The notes: generated by a model from the letters alone, not told the origin. A stretch of 64,000 nt of DNA from an uncultured Verrucomicrobiae bacterium (GCA_963836755.1 CAWIKF010000001.1:192001-256000); one strand, 5' to 3'. Numbered from the stretch's first letter, positions 1-10,517 are shown. Made by a program: numbers and translations.

Positions 1-144
1 CGGCGCTTGATTGAGAGCTCGCGGGAGCGCCAGCGCTGGGCTGAGAGCGCGCGCGAACGCGCGGCATTTTTCACCCCGGAAAAAATGGCGAAGGAGTATC
101 GGAATCTTTACGGCGACATGCTCGCGGGAGGCGCGGACGGATGA
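1..144 (+). CDS. 3' end of a probable GT4 glycosyltransferase (partial, runs off window start)
   Basis: Frame 1 reads RRLIESSRERQRWAESARERAAFFTPEKMAKEYRNLY...ADG*, typical of a GT-B C-terminal helix; its TGA overlaps the next ATG (ATGA). Confidence 0.6.
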   Translation, partial: RRLIESSRERQRWAESARERAAFFTPEKMAKEYRNLYGDMLAGGADG

Positions 145-1274
145 AGTTCGTCCTATTTTACCACTCGCTCGTTTCGTGCTGGAATCACGGCAACGCGCAC
201 TTTTTGCGCGGCATCGCGAGCGAGCTGCTCGCGCGCGGGCACACGGTGGAAGTTTACGAGCCGCGAGACGCGTGGAGCGTGCAAAATCTCGTCGCCGGGC
301 ACGGCGAGGAAGCGCTGGAAAATTTCGCGAAAGCTTATCCGAAACTGCGTAGTCATCGTTACGAGAAACTCGATCTGGATGCCGCACTCGATGGTGCGGA
401 TCTCGTGCTGGTGCACGAATGGAACGACCACGAGCTCGTGCGCCGCATCGGAAAACATCGCGCCGCGAATCCCGGCTGGCGCCTGCTTTTTCACGACACG
501 CATCACCGCGCCGTGACCGCGCCGGAAGCGATGGCGGGTTACGATTTGCGGCATTACGATGGCGTGCTCGCGTATGGAAAAGTGCTGCGCGATTTGTATC
601 TCGAGCGCGGCTGGGCGCAGCGCGCGTGGACGTGGCACGAGGCCGCGGACGTGCGCGTTTTTCATCCGCATCCGGAAATCAAACGCACCGGCGATGTCGT
701 CTGGATCGGCAATTGGGGCGACGAGGAACGCACCGTCGAGCTGCACGAATTTCTCATTCGGCCGCTCGCAACAATGCGGGTTGAGGCGCGCGTTTACGGC
801 GTGCGCTATCCCGCCGCCGGGCTGCACGCGCTGGCCAACGCGGGCATCGAATACGCGGGCTGGCTGCCGAATTTTCGCGTGCCGGAAATCTTCGCGCAGT
901 TCCGCGCGACGCTCCACATTCCGCGGCTGCCTTACACGCGCTCGCTGCCGGGGATCCCGACGATCCGGCCATTCGAGGCACTCGCGTGCGGCATCCCGCT
1001 CATTTCCGCTCCCTGGAACGACAGCGAACACTTGTTTTCGCCCGGCCAGGATTTTCTCGTCGCGAAAAACGGCGCGGACGTTGCGCATCATTTGAAGGCG
1101 CTGCTGCACGACAAGGCGATGGCGCGCGAGCTCGCGGCGCACGGCCGCAGAACGATCCTCGCGCGGCACACGTGCGCGCATCGCGTGGACGAGTTGTTAA
1201 AAATTCTGCGCGAGCTCGGCGGCGCGCGCGGCGAACTTTGCGAAGCCGGCGAAACTGCGAGCGCGACCCGATGA
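141..1274 (+). CDS. CgeB-family (Glyco_trans_1_2) glycosyltransferase
   Basis: SCWNHGNAHFLRG N-terminus, IRPFEALACGIPLIS motif, HTCAHR C-terminus. Confidence 0.85.
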   Translation: MKFVLFYHSLVSCWNHGNAHFLRGIASELLARGHTVEVYEPRDAWSVQNLVAGHGEEALENFAKAYPKLRSHRYEKLDLDAALDGADLVLVHEWNDHELVRRIGKHRAANPGWRLLFHDTHHRAVTAPEAMAGYDLRHYDGVLAYGKVLRDLYLERGWAQRAWTWHEAADVRVFHPHPEIKRTGDVVWIGNWGDEERTVELHEFLIRPLATMRVEARVYGVRYPAAGLHALANAGIEYAGWLPNFRVPEIFAQFRATLHIPRLPYTRSLPGIPTIRPFEALACGIPLISAPWNDSEHLFSPGQDFLVAKNGADVAHHLKALLHDKAMARELAAHGRRTILARHTCAHRVDELLKILRELGGARGELCEAGETASATR

Positions 1275-2359
1275 ACATTGCATTTTTCGGCTCCAGCCTT
1301 GTCTCGGCTTATTGGAATGGCGCGGCGACTTACTACCGCGGCCTCATCCGCGCGCTGCACGAGCGCGGGCATCGCACAACTTTTTACGAACCCGACGCGT
1401 ATGAGCGCCAGCAGCATCGCGACATGGCCGATCCGCCGTGGGCGCGCGTGGTCGTTTATCCTGCGACCGAGCGGGCGGCGCTTGCGCAAATCGAGCAGGC
1501 GCGCGATGCTGATGTGATCGTGAAAGCGAGCGGCGTCGGCGTTTTCGACGAGCTGCTCGAGGCGGAAATTGCCGCGCTGAAGACGCCGGAAAATGTCGTC
1601 ATTTTTTGGGATGTCGATGCGCCCGCGACGCTCGAGCGGATCGAAAAAAATTCGCGCGATCCGTCGCGTGCGCTCATCCCGCAATTCGATTTCGTCCTGA
1701 CCTACGGCGGCGGCGCGCCGGTCGTCGCGGCATATGGCGCGCTCGACGCGCAGGCGTGCGTGCCGATCTACAACGCGCTCGATTCCGCGACGCATTTTCC
1801 TGTCACGCCCGATCCGCGCTTTGCGGGCGACCTTGCGTTTCTCGGCAATCGCCTGCCGGATCGCGAGGCGCGCGTGGAGGAATTTTTCGTAAAAGCCGCG
1901 GAACTTTTACCGCGCGAAAAGTTTCTGCTCGGCGGCAGCGGATGGGATGGAAAAAAGTTGCCGCCGAATATCCGCCACGCCGGCCATGTTTATACAAACG
2001 ACCACAACGCGTTCAATGCCACGCCGCGCGCTGTGTTAAACATCAGTCGCGAGAGCATGGCGCGCTTCGGCTTTTCGCCGGCGACGCGCGTGTTCGAGGC
2101 GGCGGGCGCGGGTGCCTGTTTGATCACGGATTATTGGGAGGGAATTGAAACTTTTCTCGAGCCGGGCGAGGAAATTCTTGTCGCGCGCGATGGCCGCGAA
2201 GTCGCGTCGCATCTCGCGGAGCTGACGCCGGAGCGGGCGAAAAAAATCGGCAAAGCTGCGCGACTGCGCGTGCTCGCGGAGCACACTTATGCGCATCGCG
2301 CGGAGGAAGTGGAGCGACTGCTCGCGGAAAAGTTTGCCGCAACCGGAGCGCCCGCATGA
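1271..2359 (+). CDS. CgeB-family glycosyltransferase
   Basis: Start MNIAFFGSSLVSAYWNGAATYYRG overlaps the upstream stop; TRVFEAAGAGACLITD and HTYAHR motifs. Confidence 0.85.
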   Translation: MNIAFFGSSLVSAYWNGAATYYRGLIRALHERGHRTTFYEPDAYERQQHRDMADPPWARVVVYPATERAALAQIEQARDADVIVKASGVGVFDELLEAEIAALKTPENVVIFWDVDAPATLERIEKNSRDPSRALIPQFDFVLTYGGGAPVVAAYGALDAQACVPIYNALDSATHFPVTPDPRFAGDLAFLGNRLPDREARVEEFFVKAAELLPREKFLLGGSGWDGKKLPPNIRHAGHVYTNDHNAFNATPRAVLNISRESMARFGFSPATRVFEAAGAGACLITDYWEGIETFLEPGEEILVARDGREVASHLAELTPERAKKIGKAARLRVLAEHTYAHRAEEVERLLAEKFAATGAPA

Positions 2360-3432
2360 ACCTCGTCGTCCTCGGCCTTTCAATCACTTCGTCATGGGGC
2401 AACGGCCACGCAACCACCTATCGCGCGCTGCTCCGCGAATTCGCCGCGCGCGGGCATCGCGTTCTTTTTCTCGAGCGCGACGTGCCGTGGTATTCGGCGC
2501 AGCGCGATTTACCGCGCCCGCCTTTTTGCGGGCTCGCGCTTTACGATTCGCTCGCGGATTTGCGCGAAAAGTTTTCGGGAAATATTTCCGACGCCGATGC
2601 AGTCATCGTCGGCTCTTATGTGCCGGATGGCATCGCGGTCGGCGAATGGGTGACGCGGCATGCAAATGGCGTGACGGCGTTTTACGACATCGATACGCCC
2701 GTCACGCTGGCGGCGCTCGCGCGCGGCGATTGCGAATATCTTTCGCGCGAATTAATCCCGCGCTTCGACATTTATTTTTCGTTCACCGGCGGCCCGACTT
2801 TGACGCGGCTGGAAAAAGAATTCGGCTCGCCGTGCGCGCGGGCGCTTTATTGCTCGGTCGATCCGCAATCGTATTTTCCGATTGCGACCGCGCCGCGCTG
2901 GGACCTCGGCTACCTCGGCACATTCAGCGCGGATCGCCAGGCGGGGCTGGAAGCGCGGCTGCTCGAGCCCGCCCGCCGCGCGCCTGAGAAAAAGTTTGCC
3001 GTCGCCGGTCCGCAATATCCGGCGGCGACGACGTGGCTGGAAAATGTCGAGCGGATCGAGCATCTGGCGCCGCCGGATCATTGTTTGTTTTACAATCAGC
3101 AGCGCTACACTTTGAACCTCACGCGCGCCGATATGCGCGCGGCGGGCTGGTCGCCGAGCGTCCGCCTTTTTGAAGCCGCCGCGTGCGGCACGCCGATCAT
3201 CAGCGACGACTGGCCGGGGTTCGATGCGCTGTTCGTTCCGGGCGAGGAAATTTTGCTCGCGGAAAATGCCGACGCCGTTTTGGAAATTCTCCGCGATCTG
3301 CCGGAAACGCGCCGCCGCACAATCGGAGACCACGCCCGCCGCCGCATCCTTGCCGCGCACACTGCCGCGCATCGTGCGCTCGAATTGGAAAAAGCGCTTC
3401 GCTCCGTTCGCCGCGAAGTCCTCACCGCATGA
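2356..3432 (+). CDS. CgeB-family glycosyltransferase
   Basis: SSWGNGHATTYR, VRLFEAAACGTPIISD, HTAAHR; ATGA overlap. Confidence 0.85.
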   Translation: MNLVVLGLSITSSWGNGHATTYRALLREFAARGHRVLFLERDVPWYSAQRDLPRPPFCGLALYDSLADLREKFSGNISDADAVIVGSYVPDGIAVGEWVTRHANGVTAFYDIDTPVTLAALARGDCEYLSRELIPRFDIYFSFTGGPTLTRLEKEFGSPCARALYCSVDPQSYFPIATAPRWDLGYLGTFSADRQAGLEARLLEPARRAPEKKFAVAGPQYPAATTWLENVERIEHLAPPDHCLFYNQQRYTLNLTRADMRAAGWSPSVRLFEAAACGTPIISDDWPGFDALFVPGEEILLAENADAVLEILRDLPETRRRTIGDHARRRILAAHTAAHRALELEKALRSVRREVLTA

Positions 3433-4220
3433 AAACCGCCGCCGATCCCATCGCGGCGCTCGCGCCTTGGTTCCATAATCTCCACCTGCCGGGCGGCGCA
3501 CAGACGGCGCCCGACCATCCACTCGGCGATTTTCCCGCCTTCAAGTGGAACCAAATCGCGCCGCACCTTCCCGCCGATCTCACGGGCTGGCGTGCACTTG
3601 ACATCGGCTGCAACGCCGGTTTTTACAGCTTCGAACTCGCCCGGCGCGGGGCGCGCGTCACCGGCATCGACCCCGACCCGCGCTATCTCGCGCAGGCGCG
3701 CTGGGCCGCGGCGGAGCTTGGCCTCGACACGCGCATCACCTTTCGCCAGATGCAGGTTTACGAGCTCGCGGGCGAGGCGCGGCCGTTCGACCTCGTGCTT
3801 TTCATAGGAGTTTTTTACCACCTGCGCTATCCGCTGCTCGCGCTCGATATCGTGCGGCGCAGCACGCGGCGGCATCTGCTTTTCCAATCGCTCTCGCTGC
3901 CGGGCCGGGAACTTTTTCCAAATGCGGGCGACCCCGCGCGCGACCTCGCCGGCCTGCAAAACCGCGCGCCGCTGCTCGATCCCGGCTGGCCGAAGATGGC
4001 GTTCATCGAACACAGCTTCGCCGGCGACCCGACGAATTGGTGGATCCCGAACCACGCGGCGATCGAGGCGCTGCTCCGGTCGTCCGGGTTCAAAATTCTC
4101 TCGCATCCGACGGATGAGACCTATTGGTGCGAGACGGCGCCGATTCCGTATGGGGTGGAATGCGTCGGCTCGGCTGCCGACGGCCTTTCAAACGGGTCGC
4201 GAGCCTCGGCTAAAGAATAA
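3429..4220 (+). CDS. SAM-dependent methyltransferase, TIGR04290-like
   Basis: PWFHNLHLP, LDIGCNAGFYS (SAM motif I), GVFYHLRYP, DPTNWWIPN; ATGA overlap. Confidence 0.85.
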   Translation: MKTAADPIAALAPWFHNLHLPGGAQTAPDHPLGDFPAFKWNQIAPHLPADLTGWRALDIGCNAGFYSFELARRGARVTGIDPDPRYLAQARWAAAELGLDTRITFRQMQVYELAGEARPFDLVLFIGVFYHLRYPLLALDIVRRSTRRHLLFQSLSLPGRELFPNAGDPARDLAGLQNRAPLLDPGWPKMAFIEHSFAGDPTNWWIPNHAAIEALLRSSGFKILSHPTDETYWCETAPIPYGVECVGSAADGLSNGSRASAKE

Positions 4221-4229
4221 ACGCGACGT

Positions 4230-5111
4230 TCAATGCGTCGGAGCGCTGACCGTCCCTTCCTCCGTCGCGCGACGGCGCTGCTCAATAATGTCGCTCGCGA
4301 TTTCCTCGACCATCTGCTCGAGCAGCAGCCGCAGATGGCTGCCGGCGCGGAAATCCGACGGCGCGATGTGCCGCACCCGGTCGGCATGGGTGGAAAGTTG
4401 GTAACATTTTTTAAAACTCGCGCGCGTCGGGTCGTCGGGATTGTAAACCGCGATCGCCTGGCCGCCGTTTTTGCGCATGACGGTGAAGCAGGGGACATCG
4501 GTCGGCCCGTCGCCGACGTAAATCATGTGCGTGAACGGCACCGGGCGCAGGTCGGAAGGCATGTGGTCATTCACATCCTGCGCGAGGTCGAGCAGCCCTT
4601 TGTTGATGCGAAAAAGGAACTGCGTTTTCTGCGTATGACTGATGACGCGCTTCGGAAAAGTGATGCGGCCTTCCGCGTCCTCGGCGAATTCGCAGCCGAA
4701 AATCGCGCGGACAAATGGCGCGAGCCGCGAGCCCTCGATCATCACTTTCAAGCCCGACGAAATAATGTAGTGCTCGACGCGGATGCCGTGCGCTTCCTGC
4801 TGCGCGTTTAAAAGCCCGGCGCGGAATTCCTCAAACATTTCCGGCAGGCCCTTGTAAAAAGTCATGTCGCGGCCCAGCCCGCGCAGCTCGGTGTTGGTCG
4901 GGCGATCCATGCCGAGGTAGTCGAGCATCGCCTTCATGTAGGCGAGCTCGTTGTCGTAGCCCTCCTCCTTCACGAGCACGCGACAGCGCTGCCAGAACTT
5001 CGCGGAATCAATGCCGAATTTTGGGAATAGCACCTCCTCCTGCATGTAAGTCGGGCTGAGTGTCTGGTCGTAATCATAAACGATCGCGATGATGTTTTGC
5101 GGCGCGGGCAT
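4230..5111 (-). CDS. HAD-superfamily hydrolase
   Basis: YDYDQTL motif I, ISSG motif II, YVGDGPTDVP motif IV. Confidence 0.85.
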   Translation of the reverse strand: MPAPQNIIAIVYDYDQTLSPTYMQEEVLFPKFGIDSAKFWQRCRVLVKEEGYDNELAYMKAMLDYLGMDRPTNTELRGLGRDMTFYKGLPEMFEEFRAGLLNAQQEAHGIRVEHYIISSGLKVMIEGSRLAPFVRAIFGCEFAEDAEGRITFPKRVISHTQKTQFLFRINKGLLDLAQDVNDHMPSDLRPVPFTHMIYVGDGPTDVPCFTVMRKNGGQAIAVYNPDDPTRASFKKCYQLSTHADRVRHIAPSDFRAGSHLRLLLEQMVEEIASDIIEQRRRATEEGTVSAPTH

Positions 5112-5126
5112 CGGAAAACTTTGACT

Positions 5127-6029
5127 TCAGTGAGACGCCTTGTCGGTGAAAATTTCCGCAAGCGCGCTGTCGAGACGCGGAAATTGAAACGAAAAATCCG
5201 CGGCGAGCGCGACGCGCGGCACGATGCGTTTGCTGTCGAGCAGCTCGTGCGAAAGTTCACCCATCGCTGTCTTCACCGCGATGCCAGGCACGGTGAAAAA
5301 AGCCGGCCGATGCAGTGTTTGCGCGAGCTCGCGGGTAAAGTCCACGTTGCGCACCGGCTCCGGCGCGACGGCATTGACGGCGCCGGAGAGCGCGTCGTTC
5401 TCCGCAGCGTAGAGCAGCAGCGCGGCTTCATCGTCGAGATGAATCCACGGCATCCATTGCGTGCCGTCGCCGATTTTTCCGCCGAGTCCCGCGCGAAAAA
5501 TCGGCGTCATCTTTGCGAGAGCGCCGCCGCTTTTTCCAAGCACGATGCCGGTGCGCGGCAGCACCACGCGGACGCCGAAGTCGCGCGCGCGGTTCGCCTC
5601 GGTCTCCCACGCGACGCAAACGTCGGCGAGAAATCCGAATCCGTGCGCGGTCGTTTCATCTGCGGGAATGTCGCCCGTGTCGCCGTAAAAACCGACCGCG
5701 GAGCCGCTCACCAGCACGCGCGGCGGCTGCTCGGCAGCTGCGATCGCATCGACGAGCGCGCGCGTGCCGAACTTGCGACTGCGAAAGATGCGGCGCTTTT
5801 TTTCATGCGTCCAAATGCCGAAAATGTTTTCGCCGGCGAGATGGATCAGCGCGTCACAGCCGTGGACATTGATCTGAAAGCCCGGCGCGAACCGGCGCGT
5901 CTCGATGCAGCCGGGCACAGGGTTTTTCGGATGGCTCGTGTAGCCGATGACTTCGTGTCCCTGCCTGACCGCAAGCGTGCGGACGCGCCGCCCGATGAAG
6001 CCGGTGACGCCGGTGATGCCGATTTTCAT
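5127..6029 (-). CDS. TIGR01777/YfcH-family NAD-dependent epimerase-like oxidoreductase
   Basis: GVTGFIG Rossmann motif, HLAGENI, SGSAVGFYG, MPWIHLDD. Confidence 0.9.
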   Translation of the reverse strand: MKIGITGVTGFIGRRVRTLAVRQGHEVIGYTSHPKNPVPGCIETRRFAPGFQINVHGCDALIHLAGENIFGIWTHEKKRRIFRSRKFGTRALVDAIAAAEQPPRVLVSGSAVGFYGDTGDIPADETTAHGFGFLADVCVAWETEANRARDFGVRVVLPRTGIVLGKSGGALAKMTPIFRAGLGGKIGDGTQWMPWIHLDDEAALLLYAAENDALSGAVNAVAPEPVRNVDFTRELAQTLHRPAFFTVPGIAVKTAMGELSHELLDSKRIVPRVALAADFSFQFPRLDSALAEIFTDKASH

Positions 6030-6043
6030 GTGTTTAACGTTTA

Positions 6044-7081
6044 TTAGAAGCGGCTGTAGAGCCAGCGGTAGGGAAATTTGTCGCCGGGGCAATCGGTCGG
6101 CCATTGCGGCGGATTGATGTCCTTGTGCGCCTTCACGATTGCTTCCTTGCGATCGATGGTGCCGACGCGCTTGCGCAGATAGCGGATCAATTCGTCGAGT
6201 GCTGCAAGCTGCTCCGGCCGCGGCGTGTCGCGGTTAAAATCGCCGACGAGGCAGATGCCGAGCGCGATGTTGTTTAAATAGTCACTGTGGACATGGCCGC
6301 CGTTGATCTGGCGCGTCCAGCGGCTGCCGATCTCGATTTGGCCGTTGCCCGACGAGGAGCCGTTGCCGATGACGAAATGATACGCGAGGCCGTTCGGCAT
6401 CTTGCGCGTGTGCAGGTGGTAGTAGTCGAAAATTTTTGCGTTGCCCTGTCGCGTGCCGCTGTTGTGAACCACGATGTAGCGCCAGCGGTGCCGCGCGACC
6501 GGCGCGCGATCGATCGCTTCGCGGATGGACCGGGTGAGGTATTTGTATTTCGAGTCGTCGCCGCCGTTGAAACCAAACTGCCACCAATGATGTTTCGGCG
6601 CTGGAGGCGGCGGAGGTTCGAGACCGGTGGCTTCATCGAGCCCGGACTTTTCGATCGTGACCGGAGCCGGCTTCAAAGCAGTCGCGCGTTGACTGGGCGG
6701 AGTCGGCGCGGGCGTCGGCTTCGGAGTGGCCTGCGGCAAAGGCGTGCGCGCCGGTTCCTCGGGCGTCTGCTCTGCTGCGGGATGCGTGTTTTTAATAGGA
6801 TGCTCTGGCTCCGGCGTTTCCTTGTGATGCGGTCGCGGCGTTTCCTCCTCAGTCGGCGACGGCTTCGCAGTCGGCGAAGAATGGGACTTCCGGTGCGGCT
6901 TTGCCTTTGGTTTCGGCTTCGGCGCGGGCGTCGCTTCCGTGTCGGCGGGGACGGTGTGCATTTCCTCGCGCGCCCGCAGAAATGCCTTTTTCTTCTCGTC
7001 GTCGGTGAGTGCGGAAAGACGGACCGGCAGGGAAATCACCACCAGGAGTAAGGTCGTGAACACCAGCAAAAATCTTCGCAC
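6044..7081 (-). CDS. Secreted N-acetylmuramoyl-L-alanine amidase (Amidase_2/PGRP) with Pro/Thr/Lys-rich linker
   Basis: Signal peptide; IVVHNSG, YHFVIGNG, GICLVGDF and H..TDCPG Zn ligands. Confidence 0.88.
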   Translation of the reverse strand: MRRFLLVFTTLLLVVISLPVRLSALTDDEKKKAFLRAREEMHTVPADTEATPAPKPKPKAKPHRKSHSSPTAKPSPTEEETPRPHHKETPEPEHPIKNTHPAAEQTPEEPARTPLPQATPKPTPAPTPPSQRATALKPAPVTIEKSGLDEATGLEPPPPPAPKHHWWQFGFNGGDDSKYKYLTRSIREAIDRAPVARHRWRYIVVHNSGTRQGNAKIFDYYHLHTRKMPNGLAYHFVIGNGSSSGNGQIEIGSRWTRQINGGHVHSDYLNNIALGICLVGDFNRDTPRPEQLAALDELIRYLRKRVGTIDRKEAIVKAHKDINPPQWPTDCPGDKFPYRWLYSRF

Positions 7082-7194
7082 CCGCGGATGCTAGCAGACG
7101 ATTTTCGCCATTCAAGCCGCACCCGATTTTTCCGCGCCGCGAGCGGCGCGATTCGGTTTGTCATTGCCGCGCGCGGGAGCTATTGCGGGCGCAG

Positions 7195-8304
7195 ATGAAA
7201 AAAATCCTCATCTTCACCGCTAGCTTCGGCGAAGGCCACAACACCGCCGCATTCAGCCTGAAAGCCGCTCTGGAGCAGGTCGCGCCGGGCGAAGTGGATG
7301 CGCGCGTCCTCGACATTTTCCACATCGCATACGGCCGACGGAACGAGCTCGCGAAAAAAGCGTATCTCGCCACCATCAATCACACGCCGCGGGTTTGGTC
7401 GAAAGTTTACGACCTGCTCGACCGCACGAAAATGCTCGAGTGGAGCCTGCCGACGATGGCCGCCGCGCGCAAAACTTTGCGCGACTTACTCGAGCGCGAG
7501 AAGCCGGACGCAGTGGTCTCGACCTATCCGGTTTACAACTTTCTCCTCGGCCAAATTTTCGATGGCACGCCGCCTTTCACGCAGATCACGATCGTCACCG
7601 ATTCCATCACGGTGAACTCCGTCTGGCATCGCGCGCCGAGCGGAACTTTCATCGTGCCGAACGAAGAAACTGCCGAAGTCATGCGCGCCGCGAAAGTTCC
7701 GGCGGAGAAAATCCGCGTGCTCGGATTTCCCGTCACACCTCGCTTCGCGGCCAATGACCACCTGCGGCTCGTCCCGTCGGACGCTGCCGGACGGCGCGTG
7801 CTTTACATGATTAATTTCGCAAAAGATTCTGCGCCTGCACTAGTTTGCGCGCTGTTAAACATCCGCGAGATTGAGCTGACGGTGACGGTCGGAAAGGACG
7901 AAGAACTGCGCGCGCGTGTCGAGGAGGTCGTGCGCAAATCGGGGCGCACCGTCGAGATTCACGGCTGGACGCAAAAAATGCCCGAGCTCGTCATGCGCAG
8001 CCACTTGCTGATCAGCAAGGCGGGCGGCGCGACGGTGCAGGAAGCGATCGCCGCGCGCACGCCGATGATCATCAGCCAGGTCGTTCCGGGGCAGGAGGAA
8101 GGAAATGCGCGGCTAATCGTAAACCGCAAATGCGGAGTGGTCGCTGAAACGCATGACGCGATCGTCGGCGCGGTGGAAAGCGCGTTCGCCGATGGCGGCA
8201 AAGTTTGGCGCGAATGGCACGAAAACATCTCGCAGCTCAGCCGGCCCGCGGCGGCGCTCGACATCGCGCGATTTGTCTTGTCCATCAAATCGCCGACTGC
8301 CTGA
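7195..8304 (+). CDS. MGDG synthase/UgtP-family (GT28) diacylglycerol glycosyltransferase
   Basis: ASFGEGH, VSTYP, ISKAGGAT, PGQEEGNA. Confidence 0.88.
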   Translation: MKKILIFTASFGEGHNTAAFSLKAALEQVAPGEVDARVLDIFHIAYGRRNELAKKAYLATINHTPRVWSKVYDLLDRTKMLEWSLPTMAAARKTLRDLLEREKPDAVVSTYPVYNFLLGQIFDGTPPFTQITIVTDSITVNSVWHRAPSGTFIVPNEETAEVMRAAKVPAEKIRVLGFPVTPRFAANDHLRLVPSDAAGRRVLYMINFAKDSAPALVCALLNIREIELTVTVGKDEELRARVEEVVRKSGRTVEIHGWTQKMPELVMRSHLLISKAGGATVQEAIAARTPMIISQVVPGQEEGNARLIVNRKCGVVAETHDAIVGAVESAFADGGKVWREWHENISQLSRPAAALDIARFVLSIKSPTA

Positions 8305-8909
8305 TGATCCGCGCGTTCATTTTCGACATCGGCAACGTGCTGCTGCGCTTCGATTTTTCGCTCGCGCAAAAACGGCTGCAATCAAGGACAGACCTTGCTT
8401 CCGAGGCACTCGTGGAGTTGTGGGAGCCGATCAAGCTCGCGTATGAAAACGGCGACATCTCACGCGTGGAATTTCAGCAACGCGTGATGGAAGTTCTGCA
8501 ATTCGCGGGCACCGAGCGGGAGTTTGTAACGGCTTGGGAGGAGATCTTTGCCGAAAACGAACCGATGTCGGAGCTGATTCGGAAGTTACACACGCGTTAT
8601 CCGCTTTTTTTGCTCTCAAACACGAGCGACTTGCACATGGATTACATCTTCCGCACGTATCCCGTCTTCTCGCTTTTCAACGACGCCGTTTATTCCTACC
8701 GTGCAAAATGTTCGAAACCGGGGCGTGAGATTTTCGAAATTGCCGTTCGGCAATTCGGCGTCACGCCGTCCAAAACGATTTACATCGACGATCTCGCCCC
8801 GAACGTGGAAACGGCTCTGCAGCTAGGTTTCCGGGCGATTCAATACGATCCCGACGATCACGCGTCGCTTCTCGATGCCCTCGCGCTTGCCGGCGTCGAC
8901 TGCGCCTGA
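8304..8909 (+). CDS. HAD-family phosphatase (YihX-like)
   Basis: FDIGNVLL, LSNT, KP, YIDD; TGATG overlap with the upstream gene. Confidence 0.88.
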   Translation: MIRAFIFDIGNVLLRFDFSLAQKRLQSRTDLASEALVELWEPIKLAYENGDISRVEFQQRVMEVLQFAGTEREFVTAWEEIFAENEPMSELIRKLHTRYPLFLLSNTSDLHMDYIFRTYPVFSLFNDAVYSYRAKCSKPGREIFEIAVRQFGVTPSKTIYIDDLAPNVETALQLGFRAIQYDPDDHASLLDALALAGVDCA

Positions 8910-10036
8910 TCGCGCTGCCGGAAAAACTTCAGTTGCAGCCGCGCGACGTAGGGATCGACGTGCGCGAGAACGAAATACGCCGCCCGTTCGAGCCAGCGCG
9001 TCCAGAATGAACGCGACTTCTGCCATTTGCTCGGATCAATCCGGCGGCAATATGCGAGGTCGTGCTCGAAAATTTCACGCGCCTCGTCGGATAACTTTTT
9101 GTCACACACGCGCATGAGCAACTCGTGATTGATGATGAGGCTGCGTGTGTCGAGATTCGCGGAGCCGACGCACACGAGGTCGTCGATGATGAGTAATTTC
9201 GCGTGAAGAATTTGCGGCTGATATTCAAAAATTTCCACGCCGCTGCGCAGCAGGGACTGATAAAGCCGGCGGCTTGCGAGATGCGAAACGCCCACGTCCG
9301 ACTTGCCGGCGAGGATGAGCTGGACGTGCCCGCCGCTGCGGCACACGCGCGCCATCGCTTTGCGCAGACGCCACGTCGGCAAAAAGTAGGCGCAGATGAT
9401 TTTGACGTCACGAGCCTTCGCGATGTCGGAACGCAAGATCCGGCGCAGGTGCACGCCGAGCCTGCCAGGCCCGCTCAAAAGCAGGCGCCAGCCCTCGCCC
9501 TCACTTTCGAGCTTTGTGTGCGTTTTGTTTAATAAACCCCAACGCTTTTGATGCGACGCCACAGTCTCAAAAATCTGGTCGAACGCGCGCACGAGCGCGG
9601 GAACGGGCGCGCCTAAAATCTCGAGCCCGAGGTCGCGCCAACCGTGTTTGACGCCGTCACCGTCGTAATCGTCGGCAAGGTTGAAGCCGCCGACGAACGC
9701 GAAGCGCTCATCGCAGACGAGGAGCTTGCGGTGGTTGCGATAGGAGAGGCGATGCAGGCTCAGCGGGTTGAAAAGTTTGAACTCACCGCCGGCATCGATG
9801 AGCGGCTGCCAGAAATCCGCCGGCAGGAAAATTGATCCCATCGCATCGACGAGCACGCGGACTTTGACGCCGCGCTGGCTGGCGCGAATGAGCGCTTCGC
9901 GGAACTTTTCGCCAATCCCGCCCGCGGCGAAAATGTAAGTCTCGAGCCGGATGGAAACGCTCGCTTCCTCGATCGCCGCGAGCATTTTTGTCAGCGCCTC
10001 GTGCCCCGTGCGCAGCCAACGAAACGTCCCGTCCAT
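8858..10036 (-). CDS. cls: Cardiolipin synthase-like phospholipase D (ClsB type)
   Basis: Two HKD motifs (RNHRKLLVCD, LHAKLLIID), VGSANLDTRS. Confidence 0.85.
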   Translation of the reverse strand: MDGTFRWLRTGHEALTKMLAAIEEASVSIRLETYIFAAGGIGEKFREALIRASQRGVKVRVLVDAMGSIFLPADFWQPLIDAGGEFKLFNPLSLHRLSYRNHRKLLVCDERFAFVGGFNLADDYDGDGVKHGWRDLGLEILGAPVPALVRAFDQIFETVASHQKRWGLLNKTHTKLESEGEGWRLLLSGPGRLGVHLRRILRSDIAKARDVKIICAYFLPTWRLRKAMARVCRSGGHVQLILAGKSDVGVSHLASRRLYQSLLRSGVEIFEYQPQILHAKLLIIDDLVCVGSANLDTRSLIINHELLMRVCDKKLSDEAREIFEHDLAYCRRIDPSKWQKSRSFWTRWLERAAYFVLAHVDPYVARLQLKFFRQRDQAQSTPASARASRSDA

Positions 10037-10042
10037 GCGGGG

Positions 10043-10513
10043 TCAGCGTGAAATATCGGCCTGACTCAAAATCCGAAAACCGTGGCTGCGCAGCACCGCG
10101 CCGGCACATTCATCGTCCTCCACGTGGAGCGCGAGCGCGCAGTTTCCGCGCGGACGCGTGAGCAGCGCGTAGCTGCCGTGGATGTTCACCTCGGCCATCA
10201 GCAGCGCGGTCAATAACTTGCCGAGTTCGTTCGCGCCTTCCTTCAACTCCACGACAACGAGGTCGCAGATCGAGCAGGGAATTTCCTGCATCGCGAAAAG
10301 TTCTTGCACGCGCTCCGGGTCGCTCACGACCACGCGGACGATCGCGGCGTCGGCGGAATCCTGCACGCTCAACGCGAGGACAAGCACCGCGTGCTCCTGC
10401 AACATTTTCACGACGTCGAGCAGCGCGCCGACTTTGTTTTTGAGGAAAATGGAAAACTGTTTGACCCGTGGGCCCTCAACTTTTTCGGTGGTGCGCGTTG
10501 ATTCGAAAGCCAT
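10043..10513 (-). CDS. Tandem ACT-domain protein
   Basis: QFSIFLKNKVGAL and AEVNIHGSY ACT-like motifs. Confidence 0.8.
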   Translation of the reverse strand: MAFESTRTTEKVEGPRVKQFSIFLKNKVGALLDVVKMLQEHAVLVLALSVQDSADAAIVRVVVSDPERVQELFAMQEIPCSICDLVVVELKEGANELGKLLTALLMAEVNIHGSYALLTRPRGNCALALHVEDDECAGAVLRSHGFRILSQADISR

Positions 10514-10517
10514 GTGA

